A stretch of DNA of 63,879 nt, counting the filler, from Reticulomyxa filosa (Eukaryota; Protista; Foraminifera), in NCBI GenBank assembly GCA_000512085.1. It is 14 parts of 14 records of this genome, joined end to end, with 100 filler letters (N's around TTAATTAATTAA, not from the genome) between each part and the next. Parts side by side here need not be neighbours in the genome. Positions count along the whole stretch, not along the records: positions 49,119 to 57,610 come from ASPP01006143.1; positions 57,711 to 59,798 come from ASPP01023212.1; positions 59,899 to 63,879 come from ASPP01025711.1; 11 more parts are not named here. The stretch is one strand, 5' to 3'. The notes under the pieces were generated by a model. The model had not been told where the DNA came from, did no database searches, and was given only the letters and a program-made list of their open reading frames with translations. Position numbers and translations under genes: made by a program. This document shows, in pieces, positions 50,938 through 63,810 of this stretch; position 1 is the first letter of the stretch; every line of letters begins with the position of its first letter.

Positions 50938-51343
50938 TCCTTTTTTTTGCTAGGTTTTCTCTTCAAAGACGAACCCAAAAAGGAGGAAATAAACTTAAAC
51001 TATTGATTGTTTGCGGTTCTGTAAATTAATCTCATTGGTAATGCTGTCACACTATAAAGATTAAGTCAGTGATCCTTAATTATTTAAATCCTTTTCATAT
51101 TTTGAAACAGAGCAACTTCGCTTTAAAGTGAACACTTTTTCTTGACAAATGGCTACCTAGTCTGTATTTTTTGGCTGTCCACACAACGAAAAGCTGCACT
51201 TTTTTTTTTTGTAAAAAAAGGTCTTTGATTGACGAGCATGTACCAGTGAGTTGTCAATATAAAATATTGAAAGAAGAAAATAAAAGAGCAAAAAAAAAGG
51301 TCAAGTAAAATCAAGCAAATAAATAAGAAAAAGTACATCAACG
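50938..51343. promoter_or_regulatory. Probable bidirectional promoter between the divergent tubulin and G-alpha
   Basis: 406 bp between the two ATGs of head-to-head genes on one contig; contains TTGACAA and TTGTCAA motifs. Confidence 0.45.
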
Positions 51344-53151
51344 ATGGGCTGCTGTGCAAGTGGTGACGAAAACTCTGAAGTGATAACCTCACGAATGAGA
51401 CAAGAAGGAGCGAGAGATGAAAGAGAGCAAAAACTAGTTTTGTTAGGAACAGGCGAGAGTGGAAAGTCAACAATTTTCAAAAATCTGAAGCGTATCCAAG
51501 GAGGAGAAATGGTAGATCAAAGAACAATCCAAGATATTCGTAACAACATTCGACAAAACATAGTGGAATTTATGGTAAAATTGTTGCTAAAGTCACAAGC
51601 ACTGTACCTTTCCGACAAAGAAAAGCATGCTGATTGTTTGATCAAAGAAGATCAAGACACGCTAAAATACGTACGATTTATGTTGGACCACCAAAAGGCC
51701 CCTTTTGATGACGATTCCAAAATGAAAGACGATATCTTGATAGACCTGGGCGCTGCCGTGGCATTTTTATGGAAGCTGCCTGCCGTCCAAGCGACCTTTG
51801 CTAAGAGATGTGGCCGATTCTCGTTTCCGGACAACTTGGAATTCTTTTTTGACAAAGCATTGGCCGTCATGCAGTCCGACTATAAACCAACCGAAGACGA
51901 CATTATCAAAGTTCGAATCCGTACAACAGGTTACGTGCTACCTTCCTTTCTCCCTTTTTTTTTTTTTTTTGGAAGGGAGGGGGGGGGGGGACATAATTAT
52001 CCCAATACTCTTCATAAAACAATGTTCGCACGTCCAACACTTTGTGACACACCTCTCGCTCCTTTGATCATATGGGCATTTTTTTTTTTAATACGTATTT
52101 TTTTTTTTTTTGGGAGAAAAAAAAAAGGGGTAAAAAAAAAAAATTCAAATATTATTTTTTGAATTTTGTGGTTGAAATGTGAAATAGGTTTCGTGACGTA
52201 CTCGTACACCGAACAAAAGGCCACGTTTTTGATCACAGATGTCGGAGGTCAACGAAGTGAGCGGAAAAAATGGATGTCATATTTCGACAACGTTGCAGGG
52301 GTAATATTTGTAACGGCGTTGAACCACTACAACGCAGTATTGTTTGAAGACGAAGAAAAAAATGCAATGCATGAAGCCGTGAAACTATTCGAGCAATTCG
52401 CCAACATTCACGCGTTTGAAAAAGCAGGTGTGCAAATTTTTGATTTTTTTTTAATCTTTTTTTTTTTTGTGCCTGTTGCATTTCGTACTTTTAACTTTTT
52501 TTTTTTTTTTTGCATATTCTTTCTCTTTTTTTTTTTTTCCTCTCCCTCTTTTGATCAATTTAAAAATGTGACTTGATTATTTTATTTTGAAACAGAAATG
52601 ATACTGTTTCTCAACAAGAATGATTTGTTCATGCAACAACTGAAAATTGTACCATTAAATGTTTGCTTCGACAAGGACGCTGGATGGTTAGTATTTTTGC
52701 TTGTTGTGTTTGTATTTGTCTGTTCGATATACGTATTCTATGTATACACACCCGCATATTTGTTAAATGTACAATATGCAAAAACACGTATTTTTTTTTT
52801 TTTTTTTTTTTTGCATATAATAACAACACTACCTTTTGCACACACTTTGCTTAAACTCTTGTCCTCTTACGATAAATAATGATTGGACACAGGAAAGACG
52901 AGGAATGGGATGGAAAGAATTACACTCCCAAAGAAGACCCAAATGAAGATGCGCTCCACTTTGAAGAGTGCTACCAAGACGCCATTAAATTCATTAAGCA
53001 ACTGTTTATAAATAGAAATAGTGTGGACGATCGCAGTGTTACTTGCCACGTCACCTGCGCAACGGATAAGGGCAATGTCAGAGCTGTATTTTGGGATGTA
53101 CAGAAGAGAATTATTGAGATCAATTTAAAACATGGAGGATTTATCGGTTAA
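51344..53151 (+). CDS. Heterotrimeric G-protein alpha subunit, 391 aa, join(51344..51929,52188..52427,52596..52686,52893..53151)
   Basis: MGCC acylation motif; G1 GTGESGKST, G2 RIRTTG, G3 DVGGQRSERKKW, G4 FLNKND, G5 TCATD; three in-phase GT-AG introns. Confidence 0.97.
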
Positions 53152-53895
53152 AAAAAATGAAAGAAGAATATTGAAGGATATAATTAACTTTAAAAAACAA
53201 AAACAAAAACAAACAAATTTAAATATGAAATTCAAAAACAAAACAAAACAAAATGAACAAAGGTCAAAAAAGAAAAAAAATTTTTCTCCCAATAATTCGA
53301 TTCTTTCAAAATTTATTTTTCTTTTTTTTATACTTGGAGCATGTTTTGAAGTTTTCTTTTTTGTGTGCTTTTTGCTTTGTTTTTTGTTTTGCAATATATC
53401 CTCGTTTTTGTTATCTTTGGATTTTTGTTTTGTAACTAGAAGTTGTCAATGAAACTTTTTCCATTCCAATGGCTGCTCATTTACCTAACTTGTTTTGTTA
53501 TCGTTTTTTTAACCATTTTTTCCTTTTCTTTTTTATTTTGTTTTGTTTGTTTTTGTCTGGCATTTCTTCTTCTTGATCCTTTTGGATCAATCAAGTGTGG
53601 ATAAACTTAATGACGTTTTTGCCATTGAAACAGTTCTCTTCCTTCCAAACCTTTCCTAACTACAAGCAACCGTACATATTAAATATATTTCAAAAAAAAG
53701 ATCTCTTTGAAATTTAAAATAACAAATTATAAAGGCACAAAGACAATGATGATTCTAATAATTGATAGCCAAGAAATAAAAGGCAAGCGACTAAAAAAAT
53801 ATAATTACATTATAACAAATTATAAACTTCTACAAACGTGTTTGATCGGTCCATAACGTTTGACAAAAAAACGTTGGAAGGGAGACAACACGTTG

Positions 53896-54660
53896 ATGCA
53901 TTTTCCGATGACTTATTTCAATGCCAACCTAATTTGGCGTTTTTGCAAATGGCATAATAAATGTCGAAATACGAAATCAATATCTAGTTTGGTGGGTTCC
54001 ATTCCGTCATTGTTTGGGAAAAATGTATACGTCTCGCACGTGTTGTACACGTCCGAGGCAACGAACAGCAACAAGCCTTCCTCTAGTTGGAAGGACAGTA
54101 AAACATTGAATTATTTTGCACTGCTGGACATACCAGAAAAATTCAACATTGACAAACAACAATTGTATAAAAATTTTCAGTCAAAAATGAGGGAGAATCA
54201 CCCAGACAAATACTCGACTCCAAGTCACACAAAACAACAATACAACGATGCAGTATTTATATCTTCGCAATTGAATCGAGCAAAACAAGTGTTGGAGTCA
54301 CCTCTCTGGCGAGCACAACATTTGGTGATGATCAGGAAGCATCAACAATCATCGTCAGAACGGCAGAGTCACGATGAGGATATCTTAACTGAAGAAACCA
54401 AAATCACCGATCAAAACTTTTTATTTGAAATAATGGATACGAGATTACAAGTGGAAGATTATGGGAGCAAAAATGACGTTGCTAAACTCGATCAATTGCT
54501 TCAGGAAAATAGTCAACGTATGGAACATATTATTTCATTAATTCAAAAAGAATTTGACCAAACCAAACCTCACCTCTTCACCATCAAAGAATTGTTAGCC
54601 AAATTAACTTATTTTGATCGCATTGAAGCCGAAATTAAGGAACAATTACCAGCACGATAA
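53896..54660 (+). CDS. HSCB: Mitochondrial Fe-S cluster co-chaperone HscB/Jac1
   Basis: NYFALL...F.ID...HPDKY J-domain, LN.A..VL..PL.RA..L, FLFEIMD.R and KLTYF C-terminal domain; basic presequence-like N-terminus. Confidence 0.9.
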   Translation: MHFPMTYFNANLIWRFCKWHNKCRNTKSISSLVGSIPSLFGKNVYVSHVLYTSEATNSNKPSSSWKDSKTLNYFALLDIPEKFNIDKQQLYKNFQSKMRENHPDKYSTPSHTKQQYNDAVFISSQLNRAKQVLESPLWRAQHLVMIRKHQQSSSERQSHDEDILTEETKITDQNFLFEIMDTRLQVEDYGSKNDVAKLDQLLQENSQRMEHIISLIQKEFDQTKPHLFTIKELLAKLTYFDRIEAEIKEQLPAR

Positions 54661-55327
54661 CAAAAAAAAGTTCAAAAAAAAAAAAGGGGGGACGGATGAA
54701 AAAGGGAGAGATGTTTGTATCAAAGAGTTGGTTCAGTACAATATCAATTGAGTACAATATATAGACATTTTGATTTTGATTGTTTTTTCCTTGTCCTTTC
54801 TTATTGCTTTTTCGTGGCTTTTTTTCACTGCACAAAAAGCGATATTATTACCTTGCCTTCGCTCGTCCTTTTTACAAGTATTCGGTCGTATCTCATTTTT
54901 TTTAGTCATATCTTAAATGCTCGTTTCCCTCCTATATATTAAAGCTCAAAAAAAAGGAAATGTTTACATCCGATCTTTGGTTTTACTTACTATCTCTAAC
55001 GCATTTCTCTTGTTTTACAACTCGGAACATTTTTTGTCTTTCAAGTTTTAGAGTTTGTTTTTTGTCTTAAAAATTGTCAATATGAAAACAATTATTGCTG
55101 TTTTTTTGACAATTTCCAAAGAAATTTCTGAATATTTATGCCGATTCTTTTGGCGTACTATTTGTAGAAAACTAAATAAAAACTACAATTTATATTATTG
55201 GCTTTCCAATAGTTGAGGTTTCAAGAGAAAAAAGAAAGAATTGTCGAAGGAACTCTGCAATACAATCAACAATCCTTTTAAATAATCAGAAAATTATATT
55301 GGTGAAAAATGTTTTGAAAATTGCCTT

Positions 55328-55555
55328 CTATCTTATGTCGTGTGTTTTTTGTTTGAACACTTTTTGGAATGCTTGTTTTTCCATTTCTTCAATTTTTTGC
55401 AGCGTCATCGATTTCAAAGGAAGCATTTTGGGTTTGCACAGGACTGGTTGCAGATCATCGCTTTCCGTAAAAACAATTCCAGAACGCGGAAAAACTTCAC
55501 CAATCTGCTGCAATAGATTGCTCTCATTTTTAGTTAATAAACTACCGTTTGACAT
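55328..55555 (-). CDS. BBIP1: BBSome-interacting protein 1 (BBIP10/BBS18)
   Basis: EVFPRSGIVFTE....VLCKPKMLPLKSMTLQKIEEM matches the BBIP1 signature EVLPK.G.LF.E...VLCKPKLLPLKS.TLEKLE.M. Confidence 0.92.
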   Translation of the reverse strand: MSNGSLLTKNESNLLQQIGEVFPRSGIVFTESDDLQPVLCKPKMLPLKSMTLQKIEEMEKQAFQKVFKQKTHDIR

Positions 55556-57198
55556 TATTTGCTTGTAAAGTTAATTTTAATTCACACCGCTTAAGTAAAT
55601 TATGCTTAACAGAATAAATGACGTCAAACGATTCTTAATTTTTTTCAGATTCATACTGATTAAGCAAAATAGAAAATCAAAAATATTAACACAATTCTTG
55701 TAGCTGTTAGATGATATACTCTTTCGGAAATAAACAAGTGTAAATATTAATTTTTTTCTAAAACTGTCCTAAAAACGAAAGAATTAAAAAGTGGCCGAAA
55801 CGAAAAAAATGACAACACAATCTTAAGCAACAACATAGACCAATTTTAAATATCTTATTTTGATTATTGAGTTAAGTGAGTAGTAAGAGATTTGATCCTA
55901 CAACAAGTAACGGTTTTTGTACTGGATCAAAAATAGTTGTTTCTGTCAATCAGCAAAGTTTGGTTCCATGTTCCCCCTAATTTTCTATTTGCGAATGCAT
56001 GACCACTTCCATAAACAGTTTCTTATTACATTTAGCAATTTTTATTCCTAGAGAATTGAACTAACATGTATTGTTACAACTCAATTTCTTAAAAAATTTT
56101 TTAACAAAACAAAAAAAGATAGTTTAAGGGGAAAAAAATGAGTTGAAAATGTATCTTCGGATTCTTTTCGTCGCCAAATCAGCGCCTTTGTTTGAAAATT
56201 TGGATTATGTGATTTGTTTTGTGTCTTCAGTAGAAATAGCAATAGGATGTCAATAAATCTAAAAAAAGTAATGTCTCGCAGATTTTGTTTGTTACAATAC
56301 CATACAGTTTTACTTGTGTTTCAAACTACGTTACCTTGGACGTCTTTTTTTCAAGAAAATGTTGTAAATCCTCTTAACTTGTGCAAAAATAGTTTCAAAT
56401 GCATCAATAATCCAAGATATTTCTCCAACTTGTTGCAAGAATAGCGTAGTTTGGAACAAAACGAAACAAAAGGGGAACTGTTAAAAAAGGTTTGGTTTAA
56501 AAGAATCGCAGCCAAAACAAGGCAAAATGAAAATTATTTGATCACCAAGTGAACTTTGGAGATCAATTGGAATTGTACATAACTAGAGAAAGGTAGCTCA
56601 CTGTCCGCATGTGGAGATATTCAAGAATACTTATGTATCACACCAACAAAAAAGATTTAATTTTATTCCATTTTAAGATTTTTCGGCAACGTGTTATTAA
56701 TTTGATTGGTTGTTTTGTTCAAACAGTTTTTTTCTGATACCATATAAAGCAAAAACAAAAAATATGCAAAGCAAATTTCTATGATACGGAGCCAAAATCT
56801 GCTTTTGCGCGTTTCATTTCCAATAATCATCAGCTGCTGCTTTCTTCAGCATGATTTAGTTTTTTGATCAGCAATAAGAAAAAAATGGCTGCAAGATTGA
56901 AATGCAAGAGGGAAAAAAAAAAGCAAAAACAAAAAAATTACTCTTTGAAATACGAACACTTCTTTGGTAGAAAGTAAAGCCCGCAGACGTTGTGTCCCTT
57001 TCTTTTACCTACGGCACATTTTTTTTGTGTGCTTCTTTGTTTGTTGTTTGAGTCAAGACCGTCTTTTCACCTCTTTGAACACTCGGAAAGAAATCATCTT
57101 CCTATTGTAATGGCATGTCTTTGTAGGGGGTGTGTCGTTTCAAGTGTTACACAGTGCAAAAAAATTTTTTTTTTGGGTAAAACAAACAGGATCGTGCA

Positions 57199-57435
57199 AT
57201 GAACGTTGACGAGACAAGAAAAAAGAGACAATTGCACTTTTTCGACGAAGATGAGACGTTCTCCAAACTCGAGCCAACATTGCCAGTATTCCCTGATTTT
57301 TTATCCTCTCCATTGCATTGCGTGAAACTAGCGTCCAACGTATTAACAGCCGATACCAACAGTCACAGCACTACCACACCACCCACGCCATCGCACGAGT
57401 CGTCCACTTCCAAAGACCACATTTACAACAACTTT
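57199..57435 (+). CDS. Probable first exon of an uncharacterised protein (3'-truncated)
   Basis: ATG-initiated, GC-richer ORF ending at a GTTAAG donor followed by poly(T)/poly(A) intron-like sequence. Confidence 0.45.
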
Positions 57436-57835
57436 GTTAAGACCATTTTTTTTTTTTTTTTGTTTAACTAAAAAAAAAAAAAAAAAAAGAATTGCACCTT
57501 TCACATTTCGACGAACGCCAATTTTTTTTTTTTTTATCCCAACTTTTTTTTTTTAAACCCTACTTTTCCCTTTTGCTACTCTGATCAAACGGACACCTCT
57601 TACCCTTTTCNNNNNNNNNNNNNNNNNNNNNNNNNNNNNNNNNNNNNNNNNNNNTTAATTAATTAANNNNNNNNNNNNNNNNNNNNNNNNNNNNNNNNNN
57701 NNNNNNNNNNAATCATTTGAAAGAATTGTGATTTCATCCAACAAAAAAAAAAAATTATTAAAAAACAAATTTCATATTTAAAAACTACAAGATTTGTAGA
57801 TATTAAAAAAAAAAAAAATTAGATCTAAATGTTTA

Positions 57836-57909
57836 TTTTTCAAGGAGAAAATCAATTATCATCATATGATATCGTTTTAGGCGTTCAGTTTTCTTTGCAA
57901 CATACTGTA
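57836..57909. mobile_element. Longest copy of the MITE-like TIR
   Basis: TTTTTCAAGGAGAAAATCAATTATCATCATATGATATCGTTTTAGGCGTTCAGTTTTCTTTGCAACATACTG-TA; near-identical to 6438-6498. Confidence 0.75.
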
Positions 57910-59252
57910 GCTTGAATTTGTTTTGGCATTCAATTAAGCTTTTGCACATCTACAAACTTTGACCTTTCTAAATCTATATATAACAAATATTATGTCATTA
58001 ATATTTGTTTCATGATGCAAAACGATGATGATATATGGTTCAGTATTTAAAGAACAATTTTTTCTTCAAACAAAAAATTAAATTATTTAGCGGAGACTCA
58101 TGAATATAGCTTTCAAAAAGGTATACACTAGATTTCTTTATGAAAAAACTATCAATACCTAGCAACACGTTTGCGAAGACAATATAATGATAGTGTAAAT
58201 TATGTTACAATAGCGCACATACTCGACAGTAACTGAAAAAAATAGAATAAATAAATAAAATATTGTAAATAATACAATAATTTAACTTGTCCGAATTTTT
58301 CTACAAATAAATCTGTTGCAAATTAGCAACACCACTTCGGACAAAATTTTATCAGAAACTGTATCATAACTACATTGCTAAATCACAAATAGTAATATAT
58401 AATCAACATGCTTTTAGCTTCATTAAAGCTAATATTGTATATTTGTTTATTATTTTAATCAGTTTAATTGTTTTTTTTTATTTGTAGATGTATATCATCT
58501 TTTTTCTCAGCACAGTGTTCAAAGTAAAGTTGCTGCATAAATAATACGTTATTCTTTTTGTGAATTCGTCACGAACTTTTCAAAGTTAAGAATCAATTGA
58601 CAGTATAACAAAGCTACAATTACAGTATATCCATAATAATATCCAAATTGTTGAACTTTCAATATCCTTTCAAAAAAAACATAGAAAACTTTTGACACAA
58701 CTGAAAATTTAAGATTGTATTAAAATCTACAAGGAACTCAAAATACGATACCAACCCCAAACTTGTACAGTTTCCAAAAAATATTCTTTTGTAATGTGCA
58801 TGTGTTTCAGACAAGTATTGCAAAAAAGCAATTGCAAAAGTGAAGTTAAGCATGTCGGTGAGCAAGAGATAATGAATGCTGCCTCACTTCCTCTTTTATC
58901 CGTATAAGTATTTCTGTACAAAAAGGCCGTTTGCAGGAAAGTTGTAAAAAATATCACGAAAAATTTTATATTTCTTTAAAAACGACATGTGTTTAGGTAA
59001 TTTTGTTGTTGCATGGCATTGATGATTTTAGAAAAAGTTTTGTGAATGAAAGTTACTTTTTTCCTTTTTTCGCCCAAGATACTATTTTACGATCAAAGAT
59101 ACAAATATCAAAGTGTGCACATTTGTGGCTACCATAAAATGTACATTTATTTTTAATGTTTAAAAAGGTACACAAAACTTGTCAACTGAACACTTGGACG
59201 TCTGGGTAGTGTTACCTCTCGTCTCTTACAAAAAAAAAAAAATCTTTACACT

Positions 59253-59798
59253 ATGAGCACAACGACGTCAATTGGAGTATCGGGAAGCATATCAACGCCG
59301 CCTTTCTCCGGTTCAATTCACAAAAACGATGAAGATGTGTTGTATCTAGAAGAGAAAAGCGCATTAACGCCCTTTGACACACACGATGAAACCCCAACAA
59401 TAAAGGGTGATGAAGAGACCAACCGACAAGGAATGGCAATGGCTTTGCCGAACGTGACAATGCAGGAGCTGGAGCAATTGCAAAGATTGCAGGCAATAGT
59501 CCAAAGCCAATTGGATCAGTTGGAGGCATTGGTGACAATCCATCGAGAGAACAAAGAGAGCAAGAAGCAAGGGACGAATGAGAAGAAGACAGAAGCAAAT
59601 CAAGACGTACCAAAGAAAGAACAGCAGCAAGAAGAAGATATGACAGAGGAGGAGATATTCGACGCATTGAAGCAAACGATACAATCGTGTCGTTTACAAA
59701 TAAAGAGATTGCGATCCAATCCGAACGAAGTCATAGTGGAAGTCAAAGCCAATGACACTAATAATAATAATAATAATAATAACAATAATAATAATAAT
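59253..59798 (+). CDS. Uncharacterised coiled-coil protein with a poly-Asn tract (3'-truncated)
   Basis: ATG at 59253; heptad-like ELEQLQRLQAIVQSQLDQLEALV; (AAT)n runs to the contig end. Confidence 0.6.
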
Positions 59799-59924
59799 NN
59801 NNNNNNNNNNNNNNNNNNNNNNNNNNNNNNNNNNNNNNNNNNTTAATTAATTAANNNNNNNNNNNNNNNNNNNNNNNNNNNNNNNNNNNNNNNNNNNNTT
59901 TAACTTTAGCTTTGTTTTTTATTT

Positions 59925-61450
59925 TTGCAAATAATTGGGGCTTGTGAAAGACTTATTACTTCCTTGCTTTTTTTTTTATTACAAGAAATTCAGTCGCATC
60001 ATTGTTCATAAAATGGTGCATTAATAATGAACAAATTATTACATTTACTTTTCCTTCGTTATTATTCATATTACGAATTAAAAGTTTTCAATCTTTTGTG
60101 AAGAAGATTTAATAATTAAAAATTTATTACTAAAAAATAATCTTATTACTTTCAAATATATTCAAATATGTATTTTTTTACGTTTCAATTTTATCAAGAA
60201 GATTTTTTATAGTTCAAACAAAAAAAATAAAAATAATAAGCTTTTGATATTATGACACAACAATAAAGACTTTTTGTTTATTTCGAAATATTTTAATATT
60301 ATTGCAAATTTTTCAATTTAAAACTACTTTTGACATTATTCATTTCAATATAATATTATTCAACATATGCATTTACTTTCAATATTTGATAATTATCCAA
60401 TTTTTACATTTTTTGAAAATAAGAAAATAAAAAAATAAAATTAAATGATATACAGATGCTTTCTTTTCAGTAAGGGCCCGTAGATTATTAGCAACATTAA
60501 GTTAGGGTAGCTGCTCTTTTAAACAACTTCTGATATGCATAGGATTTAGATCCATTTTAAGTTTTGAAAAAATATCAATTATATTTTTTAAAAATTTAAT
60601 TTTTTTAATATATAAAAATTAATTTTTATATTATATTTCTAATGAAATTATAATATGACAACATATTTATATTAAAAAAATAATTTTTTTTCTTTGATAA
60701 GTTGAACAAAAGTCACCGACAAATTATAACAAATAAATATATTTTATAAATAAAATTTACTTTTCATACAATTCTTTCATTAAGTTTTTTCAAAAATATC
60801 ATTTTCAAATTTTTTTTAAATTAAAAACATCAATTTCGAATAATTACGTTACACAATATTCGTGAAAAATGTGTTTGCAGAAATGGATACGACAGACTGG
60901 TTCATTGAGCGGAAAGTTATACTAACAAACTTTGCAACAAGTAAATTTATTATTAAGTTCCAAATGAATTATCACTTGCAAGGTTTCCCAACAACACAGT
61001 TGGATCATTTTACTATTGGACAAAGTTTGTTTCATCATTTTATTTTTGCAATAATTGTCTTGTGAAATCTAAATTCATTATCTTTCTCTGCAACGGCAAA
61101 AAGACTTATTGGTTCCTTTGCTTTTTTTGGACTAACAAGGATTTCAGTCTCATCATTGTTTCATAAAATGGTGTGTTGTAACAAACAAAAGATTGCATTA
61201 ATATTGAACAAATTACTAACATTTTCCTTCGCTATTGTTGATATTACGGATGAAAAATTTTAAATTTTTTGTGAAAAGGGTCAACACTAAAAATTTGTTT
61301 AAATGAAGATTTAATAAGTGAAGACTACGATCTAAAATAAGAAAAATATTTTTAATTAATTACTTGTATTTTTTACGTGTAGATACGTTCAATTTGTCAA
61401 AAAGATTTGTCAAAGTTTAAACTGAAAAAAATAAAAATAAAGCTTCGATG
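59925..61450 (+). repeat. Two diverged direct copies (~59925-60250 and ~61045-61450) of an AT-rich non-coding repeat
   Basis: Shared colinear blocks: CTTGTGAAA, AAAGACTTATT, TTCAGTC.CATCATTGTT, CATAAAATGGTG, GCATTAATA.TGAACAAATTA, TTTTCCTTCG.TATT, GAAGATTTAATAA, TAAAATAA..AGCTT. Confidence 0.7.
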
Positions 61451-61727
61451 GGGATATCATATAAAGACATCAAATTATTGTTACAATGAAGAAAAAAGAA
61501 ATGAGTTGAAACGTTACAAACACTTTTAAAGTTTTACGTTGATGAAAACAGAGTTTCTAATTATTAATTTGCAAAAAAAAATGCAAAGACAAAAAAAAAA
61601 AAAAGATGATGCAGAACAAACCTTTGCAAACAAAGAAAAAGACACACAAATAAGGTAACGTCTAAGAAAAATACTCTGAAGAAAAAAAAAAAATTAAAAA
61701 ACAAACACGCGAAAGTAAGAAGATAAA

Positions 61728-63810
61728 TTACAAAAGGTCGTTTTTGACTAATTTGCGGAAGACTGCTTCTTTGTTCTGCAGAGTTGACAAGAGACGTTTA
61801 CAATCTTCACTTCTTAGAAATAGCCTGGATTCGTTATGAAGAAACAAAACAATAAAGCAAATACAGTGTGGAGAGAGAATTTTACATATACACAGATACA
61901 CATGTGAAAAAAGTGTATTAACTGATAATGAACATTTTCCATGTGTTCAAAAATCAGTTGCTGAGCAACATCGAAAATATCAAGCGGAATTTCTTCTTTG
62001 CATGTCTGATTATTATCGGAAGAGGAAGAGGAATCAGCATCACTATCGTAATGCGAGCGTGCTTGCATTCTTGGGAGTTGCTTTTTGCTGACCTGAACAT
62101 TGACATTGATATTGGCGCTGGCATTGGGATTGGTATTGGCATTGGAAGAAACAGGAGGAGTGGATGAACGAGCAACGATAGCAACGGGTAAGTTATCTTC
62201 TTCAGTAATAAAAGCAAAGCTGTCAGTATACGACATGCGACATTCTTGCATTCGATCGGTAATAAGTTGGCATGTTTCAAACCCAACAACTTGTTGAATG
62301 ACATGCGCAACTTCAACGTTATCTTTATAATTGGGATCAAAGTACTTTTTATACAAATCAAACATTTCTTTGCAAACATTTTTCCGCAAGTTTTCTAATT
62401 TCTGTTGGTCTTTTTGAAAGCTGTCCACAAAGGGCAGAGCACTGAAGCTGCCACGATGACTTCCTAGCATCGACCTCGGCGTGAGATTGAGTAGGAATCC
62501 ACTGCTGTTGTTCCTTTTGTCCAACGAGCCAACGGCTGTCGGTGCTGGATCATGCATCCCTGCTCGAGGGTCCCCTGCGTTCATCGCTTGCAAATGACTC
62601 TTATAGCTGCTACACACATCTTCAAACAAGCTCACTTCCATCCAAAAATGTAGCAATACAAACACATGCGGCCCGCTGGACTTCATAAAGTTGTGGAAGT
62701 ATGTCAGCGCTTCCGGGTCTTCGACGATCGCATGCAGCGATGTTATCACGTCTTGCGACGGCAATTCGGGCACGCTGAGGGCAAAATACGTTCGATATAC
62801 TGGCCATGTCACTAAATAAACAAACAAACAAACAAACAAACAAACAAGTAAGTATTATTTTATTTGATCTGTTCACTTTTGCATTTTCATTTATTATAAT
62901 TTTTTGTATACGTATATAAGTACGTATATGTATATATGTATTTATTTATTTATTTATTTTATATTGTTTAATGGTAATTTTATTGGAACTGGAAATGGTA
63001 AACAATCCGATGGTTCTTATTAAATGCAAATACAAAATGCACAAGGTGTGATCGAACTTATGATGGGGAGTGGTAAGGACAAAGGCGATCATAAAAGCAG
63101 AGAAGCAGACTTCAAGCAAGGCCGCCGAAATGAGTTCGCGTTTGACGTTGAAGGCTCTCCACACGTGTCGAATGTAATAGACCATGGCGAGCAGACCGGC
63201 AAATTGGAAGCAAGACAAGCCAGTCCACGTCCAGAGCCCCACTTCCATCCAGGCCGCGTCGCAGTGGTTGGTGAACAAGGGTAGCAAATGCCATTGGAAA
63301 TACCATGATAGCGCAGAAATGGCCATCAAAGGCAGCAGAGATAGGGCATACGTGATAAGCAGTTGACTTTCCAATTTTTCGGACACAGCCTCCCAAATTT
63401 GTTTCTGAGTCTCGTCTTCTTCGTTGTTTTTGTTGTTGTTATTGCTTTTCTTACTCGACAGATATCTGTCGTCCATATCCGTGTCTTGATATTCACTCAG
63501 TGTATTGAAGTTCATATCACTTTCACTTTCATTACCATTCATATGACTACCGTTATTATTATTATTATTATTATCCTCATTGTTGGAATGATCACTGTTG
63601 CTGTTGCTATTACTATCGCCATCACTGTGATCACTATTATCGTCATGATTACCACGATCCTCTTCGTCAAGTTCGTCGTAATTGCTTGCCTGTTCGCGAT
63701 TGGTGCTGACGCTCATTTCGCTGTCCACACTCAAGGGTCGACGACTGGATCGCACCGATTGTCCATTGCTTTCGTTGGCACTCGAGCCTTGTTTGTGTTT
63801 GCTTTTTTTC
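61728..63810 (-). CDS. Multi-TM receptor-like protein fused to a C-terminal RGS-homology domain (7TM-RGS type), 5'-truncated; introns 62812-62989 and 61825-61922
   Basis: Three to four TM segments with ...RAFNVKRELIS..., then SLHAIVEDPEALTYFHNFM...LHFWMEV..F, LYKKYF, DIFDVAQQLIFEHME..HYQLFLRSE. Stop at 61728-61730. Confidence 0.85.

Noticed and set aside
5159-59898. Regularly recurring TTAATTAATTAA palindrome flanked by Ns
   Set aside because: Artificial contig-joining linker. It is not biological, and neighbourhoods across linkers are meaningless.
51344-63810. G-alpha and TM-RGS as a physical gene cluster
   Set aside because: They are separated by two contig linkers, so their proximity is an artefact of concatenation.
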